Shown here piece after piece: positions 16,640 to 25,399 of a stretch of DNA of 29,925 bases (positions are counted from its first letter, which is position 1; every line of letters begins with the position of its first letter). A program made the position numbers and the translations under genes. The notes under the pieces were generated by a model. It was not told the origin of the DNA. It worked only from the letters and a program-made list of their open reading frames with translations, and searched no databases. Source of the stretch: a virus (Duplodnaviria; Caudoviricetes). The stretch covers positions 1-29,925 of the IMG/VR virus record IMGVR_UViG_3300022181_000104; one strand, given 5' to 3'.

Positions 16640-17340
16640 TATTGATCTTCCTTTCTGCTCATTAGAGCTGACAAAAATTTCATTGGTTTGTTGTTTACCG
16701 GTTTCATCGGTTCTGGTGTTGGTTCTTGTGGCTTCTTTGACATCCCATTTTTCAACAGTTTGAATAATGATTTCGTTGCACTAGCTGCTGCTTTTTTACT
16801 TTGCTCTGAAGCAGTGATTGACGTAGCAAAACCCATATCGAGCGAATCTCCTGGTAAGAGCCATGTTTCCGCATCAAGCAGTTCTTTGAGCTTCTTCTCC
16901 GTGATACTGACTTTGCTCATATAAGCTGCAATCGATGCTTGAGTGATAACATCTAGATCAGCAGCATCTTTTCTTAGCTGATCGGCATTTCCAGCAGTGT
17001 ACATCCAGGCATTGTGGATCATCAAAAGAGATGCTTCGTTCATTACGCGCTCATCACCGGCCATAAAGATTACACTGGCAATAGAACATGCAAAACCATC
17101 ACAGAAAGTCTTGATTTTTGCTTTATGGTTCTTAAGCATGTTGTATATTGCCAATCCCTCTGCGACTTCTCCACCATAGGAATTGATGTGGATATTTATC
17201 GTTTCTACATCAAGACTTTGCAGTTCTTTTGACAAAGTATAACTTGAAACATCATTTTCAAAATATTCCCAAGAAGTGATATCGCCAAAAATGTAAACAT
17301 CTGCCTCTTTGCCGTTAGTATTTAACTGATAGTATTTCAA
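16639..17340 (-). CDS. Prohead protease, ClpP-like
   Basis: INSYGGEV, GFACSIASVI, LMIHN and ETWL motifs; TTG start with SD GGAGGTG. Confidence 0.93.
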   Translation of the reverse strand: MKYYQLNTNGKEADVYIFGDITSWEYFENDVSSYTLSKELQSLDVETINIHINSYGGEVAEGLAIYNMLKNHKAKIKTFCDGFACSIASVIFMAGDERVMNEASLLMIHNAWMYTAGNADQLRKDAADLDVITQASIAAYMSKVSITEKKLKELLDAETWLLPGDSLDMGFATSITASEQSKKAAASATKSLFKLLKNGMSKKPQEPTPEPMKPVNNKPMKFLSALMSRKEDQ

Positions 17341-18513
17341 TTACTCACCTCCTTCCGGTGGATTGAGAAGAGTTTGGTTCGTGACAGGTTCGTAGTTCTT
17401 TGTGATATAGTGCTCCCACGCCCATTTTTCATCTATCGGTTCCTCCCCGACAAGTTTGCGAATGTCGTTAATGCAGAACGCTCCGCTGGAAATGAGCTTG
17501 TCTATTGCTGTTGATACGCTCAGTAAGTCAATGTGTTTTATAGACTTCGAATCGATTTTTAGGTAATTACCATTTGCGAATCCGGCATAACCATTACGCT
17601 TCCGATTGATTTCTTCGGAGATCATATCAAGTAGCGGATCCACAGAGAAAGTGAGAAGTTGATCAATAGCTTTACTAGTGTCTTGAACTGCCCCGGTTAA
17701 AAGTGTAGGTGGTATGCCAAAGCCCCTAGCTGTGAATTCACAAATGTCATCAATCATCGCCCGGATGTCACGAGTTGTTTCGTTGCTGTAGGTTTTTTGC
17801 GTTAGCTCTTTCCAGTCTTGACCTTTACCAAGTGGGAGTGCAGCAGCATCGGTATTCAGCCACTTTGATATTTTCTCGTTAATTAAGGTATCAAAGTATT
17901 GCTTTTCCGGTGTGTTGGGTTGTGGTAGTGCTTCATACTTGAAAATTCCTTTTGTTCCCCTGGACTTTTGATAGGTTGACATTCCGTAGCTTATTAACTT
18001 ACCATAACTCCCATATAGTGCATCAATAACTGGTTTCATATTTCTTAGCGACCGTTGCATATACAAAACTTCACCCTGGCGGAACGAACGATTATATGTA
18101 AAATCGCCGATCGTTACGTTCGAGAAGAGGTCCTCATACAAGGCATACTCTTTTTTGTCATAACTATCAGCGACATATAATTTTCCGTTTTGCTCTATGA
18201 CCAGAGCTTCATTTCTCAGATAAAGCATTGAGATTAGTTTCTTCAAAAACACAGAGCTGTTTTGGTTTTGGTTTGGTTCAATGTTCCAAAGGTAGTATTC
18301 TTTGAGCTTGGACTCTTTTCCGTTTTGATAGGTTTTAAATTCGCATTTGGCTACAGCATTGGAAACAATCTCGATACAGGACCAGAAGGCTAACTCTCTA
18401 ACATGAAATTCTACAGCTGCAGCATACTCTTCAGCGTATTCTCGTAGGTCAACCCCGTTTAATGGTACGGTATTACCACCAAAGACCGAGGACAACCATG
18501 TAAAAAAACTCAA
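17341..18513 (-). CDS. Portal protein (HK97 family)
   Basis: LWNIEPN.NQ, FGIPP, EEINRK and INDIR motifs; follows TerL. Confidence 0.92.
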   Translation of the reverse strand: MSFFTWLSSVFGGNTVPLNGVDLREYAEEYAAAVEFHVRELAFWSCIEIVSNAVAKCEFKTYQNGKESKLKEYYLWNIEPNQNQNSSVFLKKLISMLYLRNEALVIEQNGKLYVADSYDKKEYALYEDLFSNVTIGDFTYNRSFRQGEVLYMQRSLRNMKPVIDALYGSYGKLISYGMSTYQKSRGTKGIFKYEALPQPNTPEKQYFDTLINEKISKWLNTDAAALPLGKGQDWKELTQKTYSNETTRDIRAMIDDICEFTARGFGIPPTLLTGAVQDTSKAIDQLLTFSVDPLLDMISEEINRKRNGYAGFANGNYLKIDSKSIKHIDLLSVSTAIDKLISSGAFCINDIRKLVGEEPIDEKWAWEHYITKNYEPVTNQTLLNPPEGGE

Positions 18514-18534
18514 TCAATCACCTCCTTTCGCGAT

Positions 18535-20205
18535 TTATCCAACAATGACCGGCAAATCGTCAAATACCTGTTCGGGTTCTCTTAACTTTTCTTCGTTGAT
18601 TTGACTTGCTACCAAAGCCATGAAAGGATCATTTTTCCTACTCTTCGGCTCAATCTTCGCATAGTAATAATTGCCTGTGTCAACCCCTGTTTTCTTTGCG
18701 GCCCTTACAGACTTCGTATTGTTTGCAGCCCAGCGAAGCACCGGGTTGTTATCCCAAATATACCGCTGGTTATTAAAGCAACTTTCGATCACCGGGTGAA
18801 TTCTCATGATGTCAGACGGTCTAACAATCACTAGATTATCTCGTTCTTTACTAAAACCCGCGAGCTCCAGTTCTCTTGCAACCAACAAATATCGAAAGTT
18901 ATCTAACGCCAATTCGATGATCTGATACTTTTGGCAAAGCTCAAGCAAGTAATCTGCAATAAGACTTGGCCTTATCTCAACATCATCCACAATTGTAAGA
19001 AGTCCTTGCTCTGCCCATTCGCGCCATGGGGCTTTTATTCTGAATAGATCTCTTGATTTCAGGCACAACCACGAATGATTAAGATCAATCCGTTGATCGT
19101 CAATTAGGAAGTGTAGATTGACTGAAGCAAAGTCCGATATTGAAGCATAGTCTAATCCGGCAATACATTTCCTACCAGTTAGATCTGGCAAAGGTTTATT
19201 GGTCGCAGCGATATTTTCCCAGTCTGTCACAGCCATTTCAATATCGGTCTGAGGTAGATTCATTCGCTTCGTCATAAAGTCAGAATTTGCCACTGGGTTT
19301 CGAACCCAATCAATGTATTCTTTGCGAATTTGCTCCATCAGTTCTGGCAAATATGGCAGCGAAGGATTTGCCTTCTGCCAATTAATCTCGTCATTGGCTT
19401 CATCTTTGCTGTCAAGCCGACATATAAATGGCAGGAAACCATTGTCAGGTATATCGCCGTTTAAAATTTCAAGCGATTTACTGAGCATTTCATCGAGCGG
19501 ACCGTCTCTTACGTCACCGTTTGTAGTTGCAAAGAGCTGTCTAGGGTGTTTCTTTTTACCAAGGCTAGTTTGGAACACTTTTATATTGGCATAGTTTTGG
19601 TATTGATGTATTTCGTTGAACACAACCATGCCAGAACGCATTCCGTCTCGACCTCTAGGGTTATTAGTCCTGCCCCTGATTACCGCGCCGGTTTTTTCGC
19701 CAGTCACCATTTCCTTGGTGTGACGGTAATACTTGATTAGCTTTTGCTCGTGCTCTGGATTTTCTAAAACAGATATAATGTCGTTGACCGGCCTCATCGC
19801 CTGTTCTTCAACGTTTCCGCAAATGTCAACATCGTATTGACTTATGTTACTATACGGAGAAGCCATAGCGAACGATTCCATAGCTATGTAACCGTCTTTG
19901 CCAGCTCCTCTGCCAATAAGCATAAATAGGTCTGTCCATCGAGGACGTTTGTTAACTTTGTAATAAGTGCACAGGTGCAACGCGATCAGGAACTCTTGCC
20001 AGCTAAATAAGGTGTCATACGGAAAGTATTTTGCCAAGCCTAGGTATTTAGTAAGCTGCTCCGAATCAACAAAGATTTCGCCCTTGGCAAATTCGCGTTT
20101 GACAAGTTCGATTAGCAGGTATTGCTCGCGGCAAGCAAGGACTTCCCCGGATTCAACCTGGCCAATGTATCTTAGGATGCGATGGTCCATTCTAGAGGTC
20201 GTCAT
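18535..20205 (-). CDS. Terminase large subunit
   Basis: Walker A GRGAGK, Walker B variant VVFNE, TTNG, KANPSL, GLDYA and K.DPFMA motifs. Confidence 0.95.
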   Translation of the reverse strand: MTTSRMDHRILRYIGQVESGEVLACREQYLLIELVKREFAKGEIFVDSEQLTKYLGLAKYFPYDTLFSWQEFLIALHLCTYYKVNKRPRWTDLFMLIGRGAGKDGYIAMESFAMASPYSNISQYDVDICGNVEEQAMRPVNDIISVLENPEHEQKLIKYYRHTKEMVTGEKTGAVIRGRTNNPRGRDGMRSGMVVFNEIHQYQNYANIKVFQTSLGKKKHPRQLFATTNGDVRDGPLDEMLSKSLEILNGDIPDNGFLPFICRLDSKDEANDEINWQKANPSLPYLPELMEQIRKEYIDWVRNPVANSDFMTKRMNLPQTDIEMAVTDWENIAATNKPLPDLTGRKCIAGLDYASISDFASVNLHFLIDDQRIDLNHSWLCLKSRDLFRIKAPWREWAEQGLLTIVDDVEIRPSLIADYLLELCQKYQIIELALDNFRYLLVARELELAGFSKERDNLVIVRPSDIMRIHPVIESCFNNQRYIWDNNPVLRWAANNTKSVRAAKKTGVDTGNYYYAKIEPKSRKNDPFMALVASQINEEKLREPEQVFDDLPVIVG

Positions 20206-20506
20206 CTTTATCTACCGTCATTTTATCGGGGGTTATTCCTAGTTCTTTTAAAAGCAGCAGCATTTGCCTGTTGACCATTATAATTTCTTTAGTTGATGGG
20301 TTCTGCTTTATAATCGGCACACCAGAGGCAGACAATGTTTCATACGATATGCCCTTTTGCCGGATGTCAGCTTGCAACATTTCCTTCGTTTCCCACAAAT
20401 TCAAGTAATCTTCAACCAAATCTGAGTAGTGAGCAGGTGGTTTTTCGCTAGCACACAGCTGCTCGAATAACGATTTCCGTAATTTCGCCCGGGTTATCTT
20501 GGCCAC
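20192..20506 (-). CDS. Terminase small subunit (P27-like)
   Basis: DLVEDY..LW, KQNPS and QML.LLKELG motifs; GTG start after GGAGGTG. Confidence 0.85.
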   Translation of the reverse strand: MAKITRAKLRKSLFEQLCASEKPPAHYSDLVEDYLNLWETKEMLQADIRQKGISYETLSASGVPIIKQNPSTKEIIMVNRQMLLLLKELGITPDKMTVDKDDDL

Positions 20507-20515
20507 TTTGCACAC

Positions 20516-20618
20516 CTCCCATCTGGTTTTTTTATCACGCGCGCGAGACTCTCCCTTGTCGTAGACCCTTACGAGTAGACACGTTCTGAATTAATTTACC
20601 GTTTCTTTCGACCGGGGG
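20516..20618. other. Probable cos/packaging region
   Basis: HNH-terS intergenic region with CCCCCGGTCG, tandem GTCTAC...AAGG repeats and CGCGCGCG. Confidence 0.45.
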
Positions 20619-20927
20619 CTACCATCTTTCCGGCACATTTACTACTTTCAACTCACGCATTCGCTCTGGATGACAAACATTCTCATGGCAGTCTTTGCAC
20701 ACACTGATCAAGTTGCGCTGCTTGATGCCTTGTTCGTCAATATAGTATTCCTCCATCTCAAGTTCTGGGTATTCATCCCGGTGCTTCACGTGATGGACAA
20801 TAGTTGCTCTCGAGTATCGTCCTCTCTTCTTGCACTCTTGGCATTCGTAGCGATCCTTCTTGAGAATATAAGCTCTAAGTTTCTTCCATTGCCTCTTCAG
20901 ATAAAACGGATCTGTCTGCCAGCTCAT
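20619..20927 (-). CDS. Terminase-associated HNH endonuclease (HK97 gp74-like)
   Basis: FY..RQWKKLR, D.YECQEC, VHH, NL.SVC..CH and PERW motifs; directly upstream of terS. Confidence 0.9.
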   Translation of the reverse strand: MSWQTDPFYLKRQWKKLRAYILKKDRYECQECKKRGRYSRATIVHHVKHRDEYPELEMEEYYIDEQGIKQRNLISVCKDCHENVCHPERMRELKVVNVPERW

Positions 20928-21048
20928 CTCTTTCCTCCCCATTTTACGTGCCTACACTCCCGCCCCTGTGCATATAAACGACACGTACATTTCCCACATG
21001 ACCATATGCACCAAGACTGCAAGGAGGAAACAGCCCCGATGTCAATAG

Positions 21049-21080
21049 AAAAAAGCACCGCCGGTTAAGCAGTGCTCTTT
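21049..21080 (-). terminator. Intrinsic terminator just downstream of the late promoter
   Basis: AGCACTGC TTAACCG GCGGTGCT TTTTTC on the minus strand. Confidence 0.65.
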
Positions 21081-21099
21081 GTCGTGTTTCCACGCTACT

Positions 21100-21144
21100 A
21101 ATATACCACATACTTTGTCAAAAAAACATAACATTTCATAACAT
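21100..21144 (-). promoter_or_regulatory. Putative late promoter with activator-binding direct repeats
   Basis: Extended -10 TGGTATATT (21100-21108); ATGTTATG twice with 10-bp period (21127-21144). Confidence 0.6.
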
Positions 21145-21152
21145 GTTTTACG

Positions 21153-21806
21153 CTACCACGGATATTCTCTCCGCATGTTTGCCTCGCCAACGATTGGGAC
21201 AAGGCTATCTTTCATAAAAACAGGAGCTCCGAACGAATTGCACTGTCTAACTATGCTATCAATCCACTCTTTTTTTGGAGTTACCTTGCCAACTCTGTTT
21301 CCGGTTTCTGCCCCTATGATTACCCAATCAACAAGCGAAAAATCTGCTCTGCATTGTGTTAGATCAATCGGTTCTAAAATTGGTTCAATGCTTAGAAACT
21401 CTGGAATATAAACGGAATTTGTTACAGAAGATTGATTGTCAATGGTTTTCCCAAAATACGCTGTTTCTGGTTTTGCTATTCCTCGACTAATTTTTCTAAA
21501 ATAAGCAAATCTTTTTGTTAAAAATAAATATGTGTGTTGTGGATTTGCTTTGCAAGCTGAAAACACTTCTTTCATCTGTTCTGGTGTCCAATCAGCAATA
21601 TCGCTCAAACTATTCATAAAAACAACTTGTGGTTTCTTGCTGTCTAATTTCTTCAACCGTTCGGGAAAGAACTGCGGTTTGCTAAAATCCTTAATCCAAC
21701 CGAACCTTTGATTCATCTTCCTTGCGTAACAGTATTCACAACCATAAGTGCAACCCACAACAGGGTTAAGGGTTACATCGCACCATTCTATTTTTGTCTT
21801 ATTCAT
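21153..21806 (-). CDS. DUF5131 / Gp37Gp68 family protein (CxxxCxxC)
   Basis: TKIEWCD.TLNPVVGCTYGCEYCYA, LTKR, SIEP and DWVIIGAETG motifs. Confidence 0.9.
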   Translation of the reverse strand: MNKTKIEWCDVTLNPVVGCTYGCEYCYARKMNQRFGWIKDFSKPQFFPERLKKLDSKKPQVVFMNSLSDIADWTPEQMKEVFSACKANPQHTYLFLTKRFAYFRKISRGIAKPETAYFGKTIDNQSSVTNSVYIPEFLSIEPILEPIDLTQCRADFSLVDWVIIGAETGNRVGKVTPKKEWIDSIVRQCNSFGAPVFMKDSLVPIVGEANMRREYPW

Positions 21807-22264
21807 TCCCTCACCTCCAACCTTTCCAACGCCTTCCCATGCAACCGCCAAATCTGCATAATGCAATAACCCATATCAACCGCGATCTGCTCAAACGTGC
21901 TGCAGTCTACATACCGCATCAGCAACAGTGTCCTCAACGCGCCATCATCAATACTGTTTATCGCCGTGACAATCCCCGCGAGCTTGCACTCGGCATCCCT
22001 GCGCTCGTCAACGTATTTTTCTACCAGCAAATTGACCTCATTGCTCAAGTCAATCAGCTTAACCCATACATCATCCGGACCCTTAAAACCGCCTCCCATC
22101 GGCATACCAGTCAACACCGTTGTGCTCTTTTCTGCCGTCGCTCTCAACACGTCGATTTCTTGCAAAGCGGAGTTTATGCGTCGGTTCGTGCGGTCAATCT
22201 CACGAGTGAGTGTATGATATTGCTGTAGCCATTTCTTCTTCTGCTGGCTAGTGTATTCGCTCAT
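21803..22264 (-). CDS. ArpU/RinA-like late transcriptional activator
   Basis: KKWLQQY N-terminus; LL.MRY...FEQIAVDMGY...WRLHGKAL C-terminal HTH. Confidence 0.8.
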   Translation of the reverse strand: MSEYTSQQKKKWLQQYHTLTREIDRTNRRINSALQEIDVLRATAEKSTTVLTGMPMGGGFKGPDDVWVKLIDLSNEVNLLVEKYVDERRDAECKLAGIVTAINSIDDGALRTLLLMRYVDCSTFEQIAVDMGYCIMQIWRLHGKALERLEVRE

Positions 22265-22282
22265 TCGCTCACCTCACGTTTG

Positions 22283-22669
22283 TTAGTCTATGATAACCGG
22301 CTTGAAAGTGAAGAACATTTTAGGGTTGAAATTGATTTCATACTGATGCTTGCTAACGTCTGTCTTTCCTAAATCCTCTACCACGTATGTAATTTCGTTT
22401 GACAGTCTAACAAAGTGCTTGTAGTAAGTCCCATCTGGATTTTCTCCAATGATATTCAGGTCGTTGTCACCGTCAACATCAATTGAGAAATTACCAGTCA
22501 TTTGAAAAAGTATCGTATCAGTCCTTTGGTTAATAACCGTAAGCTTTCTAGCAATGTTGAATGAATCAGCTTCTAGCGAAATGTTGTAACTAACAGTGTC
22601 AGATTGACGTCTGCATCCTGACAAAAGGATCAAACTGATTAAGAGTATTGCAACGATTTTTTTAAACAT
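22283..22669 (-). CDS. Phage lipoprotein
   Basis: Signal peptide with lipobox LLSGC; SYNIS.EADSFN..RK.TVIN.RTD. Confidence 0.75.
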   Translation of the reverse strand: MFKKIVAILLISLILLSGCRRQSDTVSYNISLEADSFNIARKLTVINQRTDTILFQMTGNFSIDVDGDNDLNIIGENPDGTYYKHFVRLSNEITYVVEDLGKTDVSKHQYEINFNPKMFFTFKPVIID

Positions 22670-22817
22670 TTTTATCTTTCCCTTCGCTGTTTATTTTGAC
22701 TTCGATTACAGTTTCAGCACCACATTCACACAATTTCAATTCATCGAGAATACTTTCGTCGTCTGTAAATAGAGTATAGCCAAATCCACAATTTTCACAT
22801 TTTACCGTTATGATCAC
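22662..22817 (-). CDS. Small Zn-ribbon protein
   Basis: CENC...CECG; GTGA overlap with the upstream stop. Confidence 0.55.
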   Translation of the reverse strand: MIITVKCENCGFGYTLFTDDESILDELKLCECGAETVIEVKINSEGKDKNV

Positions 22818-23239
22818 TTCCAACAACTCCCATCTTCTTTTCGGTGTTTGCACAGTTCGTTTTCGCTGTAATCTCCGCAAATGCTGTGGCGATCTGGCTG
22901 TAAACAATCACAGCACATGCCTTCAATGCGGTAATGAATCACGTTGACTTTCCTGCCACAAGCATTGCAATATCTCATGTTGTTTTCTTCAGGAGTTCCA
23001 TCAATCATCGAAAAGCAATTGCCACAATCGGTGTCATAATTACCGTCTGAATCTTCAGTCCATTTGCATACTGGCTCACCAAATGTCAGCATGTTGGTTA
23101 CAATCACAGAGAGTTCGTTTGCACACTTCTCGCAAACATGTATTTCGTTGAGATTCTCTTTATTCTTGCCCTCTACAATCCGCTGTAGTTTAAGCACATG
23201 GTTCAGTGTTTTGTCTTGCTTGCATAGTGGACAGATCAT
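22814..23239 (-). CDS. Multi-Zn-finger hypothetical protein
   Basis: Several CxxC pairs; SD GGAGGT before MICPLC. Confidence 0.65.
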   Translation of the reverse strand: MICPLCKQDKTLNHVLKLQRIVEGKNKENLNEIHVCEKCANELSVIVTNMLTFGEPVCKWTEDSDGNYDTDCGNCFSMIDGTPEENNMRYCNACGRKVNVIHYRIEGMCCDCLQPDRHSICGDYSENELCKHRKEDGSCWK

Positions 23240-23526
23240 TGCGTTACCTCCTCTATTACTAACCTTTTTGCGCAATAAGGGCAATAATTAAAATTATAAT
23301 CTACTGGGTCTATCCCGCTAATAGCAATTAATTGACCACAATCTGAATGCCAATCAAGAAATTTACCTTCGTTATATTTCATAATCCATTTGCATGTTGG
23401 TTCGATAATCGGTTCCCAGCCGGTCTGCTTCAAAATACCGCTAGCTAAGCAACTCATACATGGCTCTTGATTTATAGAAAGTGTGCCGTGCTTACAATTG
23501 TCGCAGTTTTGATTCAATCCACTCAT
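23236..23526 (-). CDS. Zn-finger hypothetical protein
   Basis: CDNCKH, PCMSC and YCPYC; coupled to neighbours. Confidence 0.65.
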   Translation of the reverse strand: MSGLNQNCDNCKHGTLSINQEPCMSCLASGILKQTGWEPIIEPTCKWIMKYNEGKFLDWHSDCGQLIAISGIDPVDYNFNYCPYCAKRLVIEEVTQ

Positions 23527-23759
23527 TCCCCTACCTCCTTACCCACTTCCGCCAATATAACCGTCTCCGTAATCTTGGCAAAATCCTTACCCTGCAACAA
23601 CCTCTGCCTACCTTCTCTGTTGACCGCCCATACTTGGTTCCAACGGCGATACACATACTCGAATCCTTCGGCAAGCAATCGTTTGGCGCGCTCGACCTCC
23701 GACGGTGTAAGCGGTTTCGGTGGTGGCTGTTTGGCTAGTTTGTCTGTGCGTGTAATCAT
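23523..23759 (-). CDS. Hypothetical protein
   Basis: SD AAGGAGG; ATGA overlaps on both sides. Confidence 0.6.
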   Translation of the reverse strand: MITRTDKLAKQPPPKPLTPSEVERAKRLLAEGFEYVYRRWNQVWAVNREGRQRLLQGKDFAKITETVILAEVGKEVGE

Positions 23760-24091
23760 GGTGTTGCCTCCTTAACGGTAAAATCGGCACATGCCTTTCC
23801 GGGTGAACCTAAAACACATTTGTCATAGCTAGCACAGTCTAAACAATTCATTTTTAATAAATCAAGCCATTTATCAATGCAAGGCAAGCAGGTATAAGCC
23901 GAAACGGGTTTACCATCTAAGAACGCTTCCTCCGAAAGAGCATACTCCCCAACTTTTATTGTGGAATCACAACCACCTGTGCAAAAATGTGGCTTTCTAC
24001 ATTTAACGATTTTTGTTTTGATGTTCTGCGCTTCACATTGATCACCGTCGTGATATCCACTTTCTATGTATTCCTGTGGTGTATATTTCAT
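23756..24091 (-). CDS. Cys-rich hypothetical protein
   Basis: VKCRKPH.C, C..C; SD GGAGGT. Confidence 0.65.
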   Translation of the reverse strand: MKYTPQEYIESGYHDGDQCEAQNIKTKIVKCRKPHFCTGGCDSTIKVGEYALSEEAFLDGKPVSAYTCLPCIDKWLDLLKMNCLDCASYDKCVLGSPGKACADFTVKEATP

Positions 24092-24103
24092 TTACTGACC
24101 TCC

Positions 24104-24307
24104 TTATAACGCTCTGTATCTTTTCATCCAATCGTTCCAATGTTTTTCAGCTTTCTTTTTAGTTGGCAGTTCAACTCCGAATCCGCATGGTGGGCACCAA
24201 ATAACATATGTTCTTTCTTTCTTGTTTTTTGCTTTTGTTGCCCAAATTTTATTCCAAAAACGCTTTGAGAAATTCCTGCCACAATAGGGACATGGTTTAA
24301 GTTTCAT
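24104..24307 (-). CDS. Lar-like (restriction alleviation) Zn-ribbon protein
   Basis: LKPCPYCG ... CPPCG ... A...WN motif. Confidence 0.6.
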   Translation of the reverse strand: MKLKPCPYCGRNFSKRFWNKIWATKAKNKKERTYVIWCPPCGFGVELPTKKKAEKHWNDWMKRYRAL

Positions 24308-24635
24308 TTCCGATTCCTCCGATCCAACCAGTAAGCAACTCCCTGGCTTCTTCCTTGCTCACTACCCAGGCAACTCTCGCACCGGCATACGCCAGAGCTT
24401 TCAGAGTCGCTCTCTGTAGTGGTGTAGGCTCTTCCCCTGGTCTCTTAACTTCAATCGCATACAACTGACCTTTATTTACAAACATCAGATCAGGAAGGCC
24501 CGATGCAGCATAGATTCCTTGATTGTGATTTTTCCACAAGTAAGCATTTGGGAAGATCTTCTTGATCTCGGCTTTCACCTGTGGCTGGATCTCTTTTTCC
24601 AAAGGTGCTTTTGAGAAGGGTGATTTATACGCCAT
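24297..24635 (-). CDS. VRR-NUC domain nuclease
   Basis: EKEIQ, GLPDL and IEVKRPG..PTPLQ (PD-(D/E)xK) motifs. Confidence 0.9.
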   Translation of the reverse strand: MAYKSPFSKAPLEKEIQPQVKAEIKKIFPNAYLWKNHNQGIYAASGLPDLMFVNKGQLYAIEVKRPGEEPTPLQRATLKALAYAGARVAWVVSKEEARELLTGWIGGIGNET

Positions 24636-25065
24636 GTTTGTATTTCTCCTTTAACAATCTACAGGTGTCACCGATGATCTCCGGTGCATCCAATATAGCA
24701 GCTTCATAAAAGATCACAGTTACAGCTTTGGCCCGTTTCTTCTGCTCATCATCGGCCGGAGCCGGGAGATTACATATCATCCCTCGGATCATGTTATAGA
24801 TTGACTCATTGACAGCTTTTAGTGTTGGAGATTCGTCCATTACCCATCTGGTGAACTTAGCTCTAAGTTCCTTAATCCTTGTTTCCAAAGGATTCCTTTC
24901 AAGAATCAAATTGTTGTAGGTGTTGATGTATTTCTTCTTGATTGCCGGATGCATCGAATCAGCTTTCTCAATCCGTTCATCAAGGGTTCTTTTCTGTTCG
25001 CAAAGCTTCTGAAGCTCTAAAAGGATCTCTCGTTGAGGTTCAAACTGTGGTACGCTTAGTTCCAT
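24625..25065 (-). CDS. Hypothetical coiled-coil protein
   Basis: Open frame with SD GAGGTG before MELSV; overlaps the VRR-NUC start. Confidence 0.6.
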   Translation of the reverse strand: MELSVPQFEPQREILLELQKLCEQKRTLDERIEKADSMHPAIKKKYINTYNNLILERNPLETRIKELRAKFTRWVMDESPTLKAVNESIYNMIRGMICNLPAPADDEQKKRAKAVTVIFYEAAILDAPEIIGDTCRLLKEKYKHGV

Positions 25066-25066
25066 T

Positions 25067-25399
25067 TGTGGTACACCTCGCTTTTTATGCAAAATTGAAT
25101 TGTTTTTATGTTTTTTAGGTTAAAATCACGTGTAAATGTTAAGAATTGATTAGATTTCTGAAGACTTTTAAATGTGGTACACGTGGTACGCCCGTACGCC
25201 CGATTTTATATGGTCAACTTATTTTTTGATCATTTGATATATATCCAAATGTCTGAATACATGTAGCATATAAAAATAGGCGTACTCGGCGTACCACGTG
25301 TACCACAATGTATACACTGTATAATACTACTCAATACTGTTTAATACTTTGCAAAAAACGTTCTTTTGTTGTACGCCTGTTGTACGCTTGTGGTACGCC
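25067..25399. repeat. Putative replication origin with GTAC(G/A)C iterons
   Basis: Inverted repeat of about 28 bp (25173-25200 / 25279-25307) around an AT-rich spacer; three 11-bp tandem TGT(T/G)GTACGC(C/T) at 25367-25399; directly after the primase-helicase gene. Confidence 0.7.

Noticed and set aside
21039-21068. 9-aa plus-strand ORF MSIEKSTAG after AAGGAGG
   Set aside because: Long SD spacing; better explained as the complement of the anti-SD loop hairpin and terminator
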